From Octopus bimaculoides (taxonomy: Eukaryota): a DNA stretch of 64,000 bases. The translations under genes and the position numbers were made by a program. How positions within the stretch are numbered: position 1 is the stretch's first letter; the number at the start of each line of letters is the position of its first letter. The notes under the pieces were generated by a model. That model saw nothing but the letters and a program-made list of their open reading frames with translations. It made no database searches and was not told where the DNA came from. Positions 1 through 11,881 of the stretch are shown one piece after another. The stretch covers positions 14,515,997 through 14,579,996 of the forward strand of contig NC_068990.1 of the NCBI RefSeq assembly GCF_001194135.2, given 5' to 3'.

Positions 1-172
1 TGACAACCGACGCTGGTGTGTTTACGTCCCCGTAACTTAGCGGTTTGGCAAAAGAAACCGATAGAATAAGTACTAGGCTTACAAGGAATAAGTCTTGGAG
101 TCGATTTGCTTAACTAAAGGCAGTGCTCCAGCATGGCCACAGTCAAATGACTGAAACAAGTAAAAGAGTAAC
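1..172 (+). mobile_element. SINE family B, 3' part
   Basis: ...ccagcatggccacagtcaaatgactgaaacaagtaaaagag. Confidence 0.8.
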
Positions 173-234
173 TTATATGTTATGAAAGAAATAAAGGCAA
201 AGAATATAGAGATTATAAATCTGTTGTGACTTAC

Positions 235-355
235 TGCAACACACTTGTCAAGGCTTTTAGCAAAACAGCCACCAAAACAAACAACAGGAGTAGTACTCTC
301 AGTAGCTCCAAAAGTGGTAGTAAATAATGGAGATGTGGTTAATGGAGAAGTGGCG
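235..355 (-). CDS. Exon 37: PTS and Cys segment (gene continues beyond the window)
   Basis: ttacag|...|gtaagt; ATSPLTTSPLFTTTFGATESTTPVVCFGGCFAKSLDKCVA; phase 2/0. Confidence 0.85.
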
Positions 356-469
356 CTGTAAACAAAGATAAATATAGAAAAGAATGAACAGTTCATCTTT
401 AACAAGAGACCTTCCATGTAAACACTTTAACTCTTTAGCATTCAGGTTACTTTGTCAAATGTAATGATT

Positions 470-990
470 GAGAATGGATGAGGATAGCGGTTGAGGGAAC
501 TTGTAGAAGAGGTAGGCCCAGGAAGACCTAGGATGAGCTGGTGAAGTATGACCTTCAAACATTAGGCCTCACTGAGGCAATGACTAGTGACCAAGACCTT
601 TGGAAATATGCTGTGTGTGAGAAGACCTGGCAAGACAAGTTAGATCATAATCCATGGCCTATGCCAGGGGTGTAACCAGCCCACTTATGCGCACCTTTCC
701 TTCATTCTGCTTGTGAAGACCTGTTGAGGTAAGTGAAATCGAAATCGAATCAAATTCGATGACTGGCACCTGTGCCAGTGGAGCGCTAAGAACACCATCT
801 GAGCATGATTGTTGCCAGAGCAACTGACTGGCTTCCATGCCGGTGGCATGTAAATAGCACCATTTGAGCATGATCGTTACCAGCATCGCCTTACTGGCAC
901 ATGAAAAAAACATTCGAGCAAAGTCATTGCCAGTGCCACTGGACTGGCTCCTGTGCAGGTGGCACGTAAAAAACACCATTTCAGCATGGC
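470..990 (+). mobile_element. RTE-clade LINE 3' fragment (ORF end and repetitive 3' UTR)
   Basis: RGRPRKT*DELVKYDLQTLGLTEAMTSDQDLWKYAV; UTR with ggcacgtaaaaaacacc repeats shared with 44985-45310. Confidence 0.75.
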
Positions 991-1659
991 CATTGCCAAT
1001 TTCCTGATGTGAAATTGTGTATTGAAACAGATATTGTTATATTTTTGGACGGTACGACAGGAAGGGACACATGGGATGGAGAGAGGCTGAAGAGGTCACA
1101 GGATGTGTGACAAAAGATTTCAAACAAAAGATGCCAAAATAAAGCTGAAATGAAGAATGAATATATAGTGCATGTGTGTATTACTCCTTTAATCCTTCAT
1201 TAATTCCCTCAATACTGCTCCCTTCAGTTGAGGGGACTTTGCAAGTTACTTGGTAGCGCCCATCCCCACCCAATGGCTCTCCTGAAATATAACAATATTC
1301 AAAAGATAATGTTGTTATCACTAATGCAAGCTGGCAGAATTTGTTTTGAGCATCAGAAAAATGTTTTGCAGTATTTGCTCCAACTCATTAGGTTTTTAGT
1401 TCAAATTCCACCAAGGTTGACTTTGCCTGCATCCTTTCAGGGCCAATAAAATAAAGTACCTGTTTAACACTGGGGTTGATAAAATGAGCATCAGTTGATC
1501 ATTGGGGGATGGGGTCAATAAAATAAGAACTGGTTGAGCCCTGAAGTTGAGAAAATTATTACCACTTAAGCACCGAGATCAACGTAATTGATTTCCTCTC
1601 TTCCAAAAATTGCTGGCCTTGTGCTAAAATTTGAAAGTATTGCTATGAATAACTCTTAC

Positions 1660-1760
1660 CATTCATATTCCTGACAGGTAATATTGCCATACAAACATGT
1701 ACAGTTGGTACAGGGAATGCGGCTACCATTTTCATCTTCTGGGTAAAAAACACCACCATG
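1660..1760 (-). CDS. Exon 36: VWC/E-like core
   Basis: ttcttag|...|gtaaga; HGGVFYPEDENGSRIPCTNCTCLYGNITCQEYE; phase 0/2. Confidence 0.9.
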
Positions 1761-2039
1761 CTAAGAAAAATATAAATTAATGGAAAATTTTTACACACGA
1801 CAATATGACATTATTTTAATGATTTATCTAATTATTCTACTTATTAACAAATTCACTAATTCTTCAGATTTTTAGTTTTATCCTAAATCTTGTGAATATA
1901 GGCAGAAAATCTAGAACAGTGATACAACCACTTTGAATAAGATGCAGGTCTAAGTGTAGGTCGGCTCAGGGAGGGGTTTGATGCTAGCAATGCTAATTAA
2001 TGAAACTCTCATCAGTTATACAGTGCTCCTGCTGACATC

Positions 2040-3400
2040 CATCCTATTTCTCTGCCCACTGTTCTTGGGAGGGTTATGGGGGGAAAGCCCTCAGGCACTT
2101 CCTCCACAGAGTCCTATCAGAAGCAACAGTCATTACACTTTCCAGCTGGATTCCCAAGTGTGACTCAACTTAAACTATGGATATTATCGAACGATCTTGT
2201 TTTTGACCTACCCCTAGGTCTCCTACTGGTTGGCTCAGCTTAAAGAATCTGTCTTGTGATACTTTTCTGCAATATTCTAATCATATGTCCATAGTACCAG
2301 AGCTGTAACTGCTCAGTGCAGAGTAGTAGCTCAACCTGGGGAGACTCTCTGAGCTCCAAGCTTTACACCCTGTTGAGTAACATTACTCCAGAGATCCTTT
2401 GAAGGAACATTTATGATCGTAGGTAAGGATAGGCACAAAAACTGAATCAAAGATGAGGAGTTTGGCCCCTATGTCTCCTGCTGGATATTTTGGCTTGAAG
2501 AACCTCTCTTATGATTCTTTCCTGCAACATTCTAATCAAATATCCATATAAGCTATTGGGAAAGATTCAAGAGATTAAGACTCTATTCCTTAGAGTGTAG
2601 GCGAGAAAGATATGCCATAATATACATCTGGAAGATCCTTGAACGAATTGTCCCAAACTTTGGCATCGAAAGTTACACAAATAAAAGAACTGGACGCCAT
2701 TGCATAGTGCCAAGGACTCCAAATTTGCCATCAAAATGTAGGACAAGATACTGCAATAGCCTGGGCTTCAGAGGTCCACAGCTCTTCAATATCCTCCCGA
2801 AGGACCTGAGAGACCTGCATGGGGTGGATGTAGGTGTCTTGAAGATGAGGCTGGACCTCTTCCTGTCAGGTGTCCCAGATGAACCAACTTCGCGGCAGGA
2901 GGTGCAGATGAGGGCAGCTGCATCAGACTCTCTCATGCACCAAGTGTCAATTCCTAAAGTAAAATTCGTGAAGTAAAATTGTGTAGCAACACTAAATGGC
3001 AGTGCCCCAGCATGGCCACAGCTCATGAGCTGAAACTAGATAAAATGAAAAATGAAAAATGAGCACCAGAGCTGTGGGCCTTTAATGCAGAGAAGAAGTG
3101 GCTCAACCTTAGGAGACTCCCTGAACTCTGAGCTACCCTTCAGAGGAACTGCATTTCGGCTACTTGTATTCACAATCATGCTCTTTTGGTCCTTACCCAA
3201 TATTCACGAATATAGATGAGGATAGTCACAAAAACTGAATTCAAGATAGTGAGTTTGGCTTTTTATCCATCTTCTCCTCTTCTGAAGATCAAATTCTGTA
3301 CCAGCACCTGAAACTCTCACAACCAATTCAGCTTCCTGCCTCCCATTACTCATAAATAGACCTGAGATACCTAAACTGCTCCACCGGTGCTTAGACTTAA
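2040..3400 (-). mobile_element. Decayed RTE-like LINE C-terminal fragment(s), interrupted by the CR1 insertion
   Basis: Minus: YGHMIR...RRPRGRSKTRSFDNI and VASDRTLWRK; internally duplicated segments (2243/2498, 2298/3067, 2421/3214). Confidence 0.55.
2590..3062 (+). mobile_element. CR1-group LINE 3' end
   Basis: RERYAIIYIWKILERIVPNFG...CNSLGFRGPQLFNILPKDLR...LDLFLSGVPDEP; tail ccagcatggccacagctcatgagctgaaac(tagataaa/atgaaaa)n. Confidence 0.8.
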
Positions 3401-3423
3401 GTAAGTTTAAGTACAACTCCCAA

Positions 3424-3641
3424 CTGGGGGTGCTGAAAAGTTCCTGGCTTTGGCTAAAAGAAAACACAGGAGGATCAGTTAATTAAGATTTTATTCAACA
3501 TTTTCCCCTTCTCGGGTTCATGCACTTATTACAGTGGTCCTCCAGTTTTTCTAAACGTTGTAAAAAAAACTCAAAAGGTTGGGTCTCAGACCAGGCCTTT
3601 CGTGACACCCTAAAAGCCAGGAACTTTTCAGCATCCCCTCG
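3424..3641. mobile_element. Mariner-type MITE
   Basis: TIR gggg(g/a)tgctgaaaagttcctggcttt at both ends; TA on the right flank. Confidence 0.8.
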
Positions 3642-3796
3642 TATGCGGGTACTAGCTCTGTAATCGTTAAATTATGTTACAGGTGCAATGCAGTGTTTAG
3701 AGACAGGATATGAACTGATGATGTGTTAGTACGGATGACCAATACATTGCTAACAAAAGAAGAATTGCTTTCAGATCAACCACATAAAGGGGGGAG

Positions 3797-3938
3797 AGGG
3801 AAGAAGGAGGAGGAGGAGGAGGAGGAGAAGAAGAAGAAGAAGAAGAAGAAGAAGAAGAAGAACAAGAAGAACAAGAAGAACAAGAACAAGAACAAGAAGA
3901 ACAAGAAGAACAAGAACAAGAACAAGAACAAGAAGAAC

Positions 3939-3969
<31 letters not shown>

Positions 3970-4165
3970 AGAACAACAACAACAACAACAACAACAGCAA
4001 CAGCAACAACAAGACAAGAAAAAGAACAAGAAGAACAAGAACAAGAAGACAAGAAGAAGAACAAGAAGAAGAACAAGAAGAAAAACAAGAACAAGAAGAA
4101 GAAGAAGAACAACAACAACAACAACAAGAACAAGAACAAGAAGAACAAGAACAAGAAGAAGAATA
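3797..4165 (+). repeat. Compound trinucleotide repeat (GGA/GAA/CAA and mixed GAACAA)
   Basis: Directly visible; explains the low-complexity ORFs at 3697-4214. Confidence 0.97.
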
Positions 4166-4628
4166 CGGAAACAAATTTTAAAAGGCAAGGTAGACATTTA
4201 TCCATTTTAGCCACCTACAGATAATTCCTTGTGTAACCAAGTTATAAAGTGATGATTGATCGTTTGTTTAGCTAAGAAGTTCTATGGAAAGAGATTGTTT
4301 TTTGTTTGTTTTTTTTTTTTAATGTGCATATGTGCACAGATAAAACATGGATAAACCATTTAATATCCTGGAAGAAGAAAAATGGGCATCCTTTACAGGA
4401 TTCCATTATATATGAAGATGATAAAGTAAGAGACAAATGTGTAATTAGAAGAGATTTTATGGTTTCCCTTGAAATTAAAGAAAACACTCTTCTTCTTTTT
4501 CTTTCTTTTTTTTCTTTTTCTGTTTTTTTTTCTTACATATTTACTTTCGTTTTTATTCATAAATTACACAGCAAGTATTTTAGCAGAGTTTTTCTTTCTC
4601 ATCTATTCAGCCATGGAATATTCATGAT

Positions 4629-4677
<49 letters not shown>

Positions 4678-4736
4678 GTGTGTGTGTATATATATATATA
4701 TATATNNNNNNNNNNNNNNNNNNATATATATAAATA

Positions 4737-4768
<32 letters not shown>

Positions 4769-4804
4769 TGTATGTATGTACGTATAAAATAAATATATAC
4801 TTAC

Positions 4805-5034
4805 AGGATATCTCTGGCCATTGAAGAAGCAGTCATCACACTCCTCGTTCTTGACACATATAAGAAGGTGTTGTTTTATGCTTTCTCTTTTATAACCTTC
4901 GGGGCATTCACACCCATGACTCATCTGCACAAGGCTTCTATTCAAATACGAACTCAATATGTAGTCTTCACATGTTATTGGCCGTATTTTACAGGGAATT
5001 ATGCAAGAAGCAATGTCATATTCATAACAGGTGG
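4805..5034 (-). CDS. Exon 35: TIL-like and VWC-like start
   Basis: ttacag|...|gtaagt; TCYEYDIASCIIPCKIRPITCED...HGCECPEGY...CVKNEECDDCFFNGQRYP; phase 1/0. Confidence 0.9.
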
Positions 5035-5094
5035 CTGTAAAAGGAAAACATAAACCACATTACTTTCATTCTGACATTTCAGTTTTATATTCAT

Positions 5095-5342
5095 TTATTT
5101 ACAGTTTCCATTGAATCTTTTATCTTCCACTTGCTTCTGTTATTAGACTGTGGCCATGCTGGAACACCACCTTGAAGAATTTTTAGTTGAATGAATCAAC
5201 CCCATTACTTATTTTGCCTTTCTCTTTTCAAGCCTGGTACTTATTTTATCAGTTTCTTTTGCCAAACTGCTAAGTTTGAGGATGTTAAAACATGAACACT
5301 ACTTGTTAAGCAGTGGTAAAGGACAAACAGACACACACATAG

Positions 5343-5429
<87 letters not shown>

Positions 5430-5555
5430 ACAGGCTTCTTTCTGTTTGCACCTACCAGCCCAAGGCTATTGTAGAAGACACTTGCCCAGAACCATATAGT
5501 TGGGAAGCAAGCTTCTTACCACATAGCCATGCCTACACCTATCTTTCACTAATAA
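5095..5555 (-). mobile_element. SINE family B, diverged
   Basis: Same head, tail and internal (TA)n. Confidence 0.75.
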
Positions 5556-5821
5556 AAAATTTATTTGTACCCAATCATTAAATATTCAAATGATTGAAGT
5601 AAATAAAAGAATAAAAGAGTGTAGTCATTAAAGTGTTGGATGAAATATATTGTGGTATCTTTTCCACTACCCTGTATTCTAAGTTCAAATTGTACAGAAG
5701 TCAACTCTGTCTTTTATCTTTCATCGCTTGTTCAGGACAACATGGTACACTCAGTTGTGAACCCTGTTACACTTATCACAGTTTGAGCATAGGTCATGGA
5801 TGATATTTTCAGTTACTGTCC

Positions 5822-5982
5822 ATAGGTGCAGGTATGGCTGTGTGGTTAAGAAGCTTGCTTCCCAACCATGTGTGCAGGTTCAGTCCCACTGTGTGACACT
5901 TTAGCCAAGTGTCTTCTCCTATAACATCAGGCTAACTAAAGCCTTCTGAGTGGATTTGATAGATGGAAGCTGAAAGAAGCCC

Positions 5983-6029
<47 letters not shown>

Positions 6030-6030
6030 A
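5822..6030 (+). mobile_element. SINE family B, 5' half
   Basis: ggtatggctgtgtggttaagaagc...ggttcagtcccac...gaaagaagccc(tg)n. Confidence 0.75.
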
Positions 6031-6247
6031 TGTGTGTGTACTTATACAACCACAAAAGCATGGGAACTTCTGGAACAAAATAGAACATTTTCTAATATGG
6101 GATTGATATTCCACAAAGTTAATATCCAGGACACAACATTTGACCTAAATGTAGTCTGGACCTCGTTACAGAAGCTGTAGACCTTGTTATATTATCGCTC
6201 TCTTATTAAAACTGACTTTTACCTGACTCACAGAAATCAATACTTAC

Positions 6248-6308
6248 TTGTGGTAGTTACATTTGGACAAGAACAACAGCCATCTTCTCGGAGAAAAGGT
6301 ATGGTTCC
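6248..6308 (-). CDS. Exon 34: VWC-like end
   Basis: atttag|...|gtaagt; GTIPFLREDGCCSCPNVTTT; phase 0/1. Confidence 0.88.
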
Positions 6309-7568
6309 CTAAATGTAAAAAAAAAAAAAAAAAGAAAAAAAGAAATGTGATGTGAATTTTCTAACAGAGTACATGATTGATGACTTTAATTAAAAACATT
6401 TCAGCTCTGATCAAACTATCTTTATTTTTTGGCATTGTATATCCAGGAATACATTATCCTATGTTTCCTTCGATCCCACAAGATGATAAGTGCAATGTGA
6501 AGTAGATTTGATTGCTTCCCCCAGCAAGTTGCTATGTAAGGATTTCTATGTTAACTTCATCTATTGGTAAAAAATGGTTTCAAATTTTGGCATAAGGCCA
6601 GCAGTTTTTGAGGAGAAGGATAAGTCAATTACATCAACCCCAGTACAGGACTGGTACTTATCTTAACAACCCCAAAAAGATGAAAGGCCTCAACAATATT
6701 TGAACTCAGAACATAAATGCAGGAGAAATGCTACAAGCATTTTATCTGACATGCTAATGATTCTTCCAGCTTGCAATTATCATAAAGTTAAATGTCTAAA
6801 TAGTTCCAAGAGAAACCAATGAACATCGCAATGATGATTCCAGAGAAATCATTAGCATGCCAGTTATCTTACAATTTATCACAAACCAACAAAGACACTG
6901 CTACATGGCAAGTCAACTTGTAAGAAACAGCAGCCGAATTACCTTCAAAATACATCCTATCAACTTAAAGGACAAAGGATATTTAAAAAAGGACATGCTG
7001 GATAATGTAATCAAGGTTCTCATTGCTGAAAACAATGTGAGATAGACATGCCTAGGAAGACTTGATCTCTTCAATTACAGCTGATATGAAGCAAACAAAA
7101 ACCACAATCGTAATTCATTGCATGAATTCATCATCAGCAGCAGCAGCACCGCCACCACCACCACCACCACCACCATCATCGTTTTGATGTTCATTTTTCC
7201 ATATTCATTGATGCAGATTTTCTATGACCAGATTCTTTTCCTGTGGCTTTTCAAACAAGACAATATTTCTTCATGACCAGACATGTTTCCCAAAGAAAAC
7301 TGGAAATGACTAACATTGCAGACAAGGAGACACACACACACACACATATGGCTTCTTTCATTTTCTCTCTGCCAAAATCTACTCATAAATCTCTGGACAG
7401 CCTGTCTGTTACCATAGAAGAAGACAGCTGCTCAAGGTTCCACATAGTGGAACTGAACCTACAACCATGTGGGTGAGGAACAAATTTCTTAACCACACAG
7501 CCATGGAACTAAAAGAAAATGATTAATATAGAGACAGTGAGTTTAGCAAAAAATATGCCAATACTTAC

Positions 7569-7793
7569 ATTTTCACATAATGAACAAGGCTCAGATTCAC
7601 TTGATATACACGTTTCAACACCATGCAAGCAAATACAGATAAGAGTTGCATTATTACAGCCAACCTTTGTAAAAACGTTGCCATTTTCACATGTATTTGG
7701 TGTAGTTGTTACATTGCAAGTTGGTCTCACTTGTACAATTGAATTATTGAAGCATGTGTATTCATAGCAATCTTTGATCCACACATCACCAGG
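7569..7793 (-). CDS. Exon 33: VWC-like / Cys-rich modules
   Basis: ttccag|...|gtaagt; PGDVWIKDCYEYTCFNNS...GCNNATLICICLHGVETC...CSLCEN; phase 0/0. Confidence 0.9.
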
Positions 7794-7999
7794 CTGGAAA
7801 GAATTATTATTATTAAAATTACTGATAACGATTGAAAAAAAAATTTTAAAGTAAATTAAAAGAAAATAATTAATTCATCAAAACTATATTTACCACTAAG
7901 TTAATTATAGTTGCCACCACTCAATTTTAATAAGGTAACCTTATCTAGCCACACTATAGTTAATGGGATAGTTCAGTTGTGTTAACTTTTAATGTTTGC

Positions 8000-8375
8000 T
8001 GTTGTTGTTGGCACTCCATCGTTTACAACGTCGAGGGTTCCAGTTGATCTGATCGACGGAACAGCCTGCTCGTAAAATTAATGTACAAGTGGCTGAGCAC
8101 TCCACAGACACTTGTACCCATAACGTAGTTCTCAGGGATATTCAGCGTGACACAGAGTGTGACAAGGCTGACCCTTTGAATTACAGGCACAACAGAAACA
8201 GGAAGTAAGAGTGAGAGAAAGTTGTGGTGGAAGAGTACAGCAGGGTTCGCCACCATCCCCTGCCGGAGCCTCGTGGAGCTTTAGGTGTTTTCGCTCAATA
8301 AACACTCACAATGCCCAGTCTGGGAATCGAAACCGGGAGTCCGCTGCCCTAATCACTGGGCCATTGCACCTCCAC
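8000..8375 (-). mobile_element. tRNA-derived SINE family C, full length, (CAA)n tail
   Basis: Minus: ggtgcaatggcccagtgattaggg (A box)...ggtttcgattccc (B box)...ggagtgccaacaacaac. Confidence 0.85.
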
Positions 8376-8699
8376 AACATTTAATGTAGGGAGCATAAGA
8401 AAGTTAATTGTAAATACAAAGAATTAGACAATCACTGTTGTTGTTTATGAATATTTTCAGTTAACATTTTGATGTTATTGCATTAAATATTTTAACTTTA
8501 TCTGAACTGTTTTTATTCTTGAGTGTGGCACCTGTCTATAACTGAAGCGTGACTTGGATGTATTTAACAGATGCTATTATGAGGAATATGCAGTGAAGTC
8601 CAGATGTGGGGGCATGCACCATTGCAGTGCATTTCTGCATTCACCATTTGTTAGTATATTCCCGAGTCAGCCTGTGTGGCCTTTCAGGCAGAGTCCCAG

Positions 8700-9100
8700 T
8701 CAGTCCTCATCTGTCATGATCATGTGGCATGTGGTCAACCAGCACATGATGTCAACCCAGCCAGGTCCCCAGTGAAGAGTACATGGTAAGCAGGCTCTAA
8801 CTCAGAAAAATCAAGCACCACAGCCAGATAGTTTGAGCTGGCATTCCTGAATCCTACAAGTAACATGATGCATCCCAGTTTCTGAGTAGAATCATTGGTT
8901 GGATACAAAATCCAACTAATGGTAAACCATAATCCTGTGAAGCGTCCTGATACCAAAGGAGCTCATGTGGCTCCTAAGATTACAAGACAGTGTCCAAGTC
9001 TCACAACTATAAAATAGGACAGGGAAGACCAGTAACTCAGAGACCTGAGCAATATCTGAGCAATATACAGTATAACTGAATTCAAAGTCCCAGAGTCCCA
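8700..9100 (-). mobile_element. Highly decayed RTE-like LINE fragment
   Basis: Minus-strand pattern resembling the RTE C-terminus (LSYWSS...FTGLW...LFTGDL); weak. Confidence 0.4.
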
Positions 9101-9642
9101 GATGTGTTGTAGGGTATATTCATATGCTTGACGCATATAAATATATGTAAAATCATCACTATCATCATCATCATTGTCGTCATCAGCATTATCATTATCA
9201 TCACATCCATGTTTCATGCTGGCATGAGTTGGATGGTTTGATAGGATCCAATGGCTCCAAGGACTGCATCATGCTCCAGTGTCTGCTTTGACATGGTTTC
9301 TAAATGCTAACCCCTTTACAGTACATACTGGGTGCATTTCTCATACCAACAGCACTAATGAGATCAGCACAGAGCTAGCAAAACTACAAGACCAGGAAGA
9401 AGGTAACAGTTTCATGCTAGAGTACAAGGGGCTAAAGTGTGAGAGGAGGACAGAGCAAGTTTCTTGTAGAGGACCTACATGGCTACTCACATTTTGGAAG
9501 GGAGGGTGAGAATGATCAGTTGGAACCAATATGTACATCTGGAATGAAGGAAGAAGAGGAGGAAGGGGAGGGAGGAGGGGGAGGAAGGGAAGGAGGAAGG
9601 AAGGAACAAATGAATAAACAAAAGCATATGCCTACATGCATG

Positions 9643-9674
<32 letters not shown>

Positions 9675-9698
9675 CATATATTTATGTACACATATATA

Positions 9699-9746
<48 letters not shown>

Positions 9747-10475
9747 NNNNNNNNNNNNNNNNNNNNNNNNNNNNNNNNNNNNNNNNNNNNNNNNNNNNNN
9801 NNNNNNNNNNNNNNNNNNNNNNNNNNNNNNNNNNNNNNNNNNNNNNNNNNNNNNNNNNNNNNNNNNNNNNNNNNNNNNNNNNNNNNNNNNNNNNNNNNNN
9901 NNNNNNNNNNNNNNNNNNNNNNNNNNNNNNNNNNNNNNNNNNNNNNNNNNNNNNNNNNNNNNNNNNNNNNNNNNNNNNNNNNATACATATGCAAATACAT
10001 CCTAGCTGAGGTAAATCTCTAAGGAGGTTTTAATTTTCTTCAAAGACATTTTCAACTTTTATAATATCACTAATAAATATCCTTGATAAATGCATAACTG
10101 ACACAATTCTCTTTTTTTCCTTCTCTCTGAAATGCAGTCTTTCAACATAATGAAAGGAAACAAATATGTATTAATTTCAGCGCTTATTGGTATTTCCAAA
10201 CTAGCTGGATTCTTCAATGAAGGATTTAATAGGGCATGGTGATTTTTTTTACTAAGAATTTATTCTGTGTACTATAAGACCATCAGAATTGATGCTATTT
10301 GTACAAATTAAGCTGAAGGTTTATTAGGTGAATAAATGTAAAGTGTCTTGACCATGAATTACTTAATAAGATATAAACAATTGGTATTTCCCCTAGTAGG
10401 CTGCAACATTTTGAATAAAAGATACAAGGATTTATAAATTAATAAATGAAGATTTGCAAATGAATAAATAGCTAC

Positions 10476-10675
10476 TTTTCTAAGGTTTCCTTCATCATCA
10501 AGGCATATACAAGAACCAGGATAAACACAGTGTGTTCCATTGAAAACTAAATTGACAGGGCAGTCACATCCAGTTTCACAGATGAAAGGGCCTGTTGGAG
10601 TACAATTTGGTTCGAGTAGATGACACTTGGTGCATTCTTTCATACAGTCTGTACGTTCAAGAGGCTCTTCACAAA
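10476..10675 (-). CDS. Exon 32: TIL and VWC-like start
   Basis: atttcag|...|gtagct; CEEPLERTDCMKECTKCHLLEPNC...CETGCDCPVNLVFNGTHCVYPGSCICLDDEGNLRK; phase 1/0. Confidence 0.9.
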
Positions 10676-10974
10676 CTGAAATTACAAGTGAAATAAAAAA
10701 AGTATGTAATCATATTTATAAATTTTTACGTTGCAAAATCAAGAGTTTGAAACAATTTTAACAATTTGAAATATTTGATTCTACAGAGAGAAAAGTATGG
10801 TTACAGTGACCCTGAAGTTTCACCATACCAACTGAGAAAATGCTTTTTGCCCTACTCTCCGGTTGACTAAAGCCTTGTGAATGAAAATTGTTAGACTGAA
10901 ACTCTGTGTGTAGAAGATTATTGTGAATACACAATACACACACACACATAAATACATAAATCATCATCATCATT

Positions 10975-11255
10975 ATCATCATCGTTTAACGTCCGCTTTC
11001 CACGCTAGCATGGGTTGGACGATTTGACTGAGGTTGGTGGAGCCCGAAGGCTACACCAGGCTCCAATCTGATTTGTCAGAGTTTCTACAACTGGATGCCC
11101 TTCCTAACACCAAACACTCAGAGAGTGTAGTGGGTGCTTTTACGTGCCACCTGCACGAAGTCCAGTCAGGAGGTACTGGCAATAGCCATGCTCAAAAAGG
11201 TGTATTTTACGTGTCACCTGCACAGGAGCCAGTTCGGCAGCACTGGCAACGATCT
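10975..11255 (-). mobile_element. RTE-type 3' UTR fragment (family D)
   Basis: Reverse complement of 44985-45310. Confidence 0.75.
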
Positions 11256-11821
11256 TGCTCGAATGTCTTTACACGTGCCATCCGGCACAAGTAATAAGAT
11301 GAGAAAATAGAGAGGTAATTCATAAATTATTATTTATTAATTAAAAGATTGACAAACATCCCTTACATCTGTTTCAATTCCAGACCTTCAGGAAATTAAT
11401 TAATTAAATTAAAAATTATTTGGAAGCCGAATCTCTTCAGAGGTAGTTAAAGATATACAAAATAGGTGTTCAATTTCTGCACGTTGAGTATTAAATGTAA
11501 TATTTGATATTCTTTGTATAGGTAACTAACCAGTACTTTCATAGTATTTTGCTATCCCTGAATGAGGTTTGTAACCCTTATTTNNNNNNNNNNTATATAT
11601 ATATATAAATATACATATATATATATATATAATGTAACAATCTACCTATATACAAGATACTTTCCCAGTCTCTATCTACAAATTTTCACTGACAAGGCAC
11701 TGATAAATCCAAGATTATTGTAAAAGATGCTCAAGGAAACAGGTTGACTTCTTTAACACTTGCAGTTTTATTACGTTTTCTTCATCAAATGTTACGTCAA
11801 GATTATATGAAAACAACTTAC

Positions 11822-11881
11822 CACCTGTAGTTGTTTGGGTTGGCGAAATTGAAGTTGTCCATTGAGTTCCTGAGGAATATC
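11822..11881 (-). CDS. Exon 31: short PTS exon
   Basis: ttttcag|...|gtaagt; YSSGTQWTTSISPTQTTTG; phase 1/1. Confidence 0.75.

Noticed and set aside
3697-4214. Overlapping long ORFs (poly-K/E/L/C/S)
   Set aside because: Products of a stop-free trinucleotide microsatellite; no splice signals linking them to the gene
9439-10022. Long ORFs crossing N runs (also 29183-29948, 49083-49418, 56678-57557)
   Set aside because: Artefacts of translating assembly gaps
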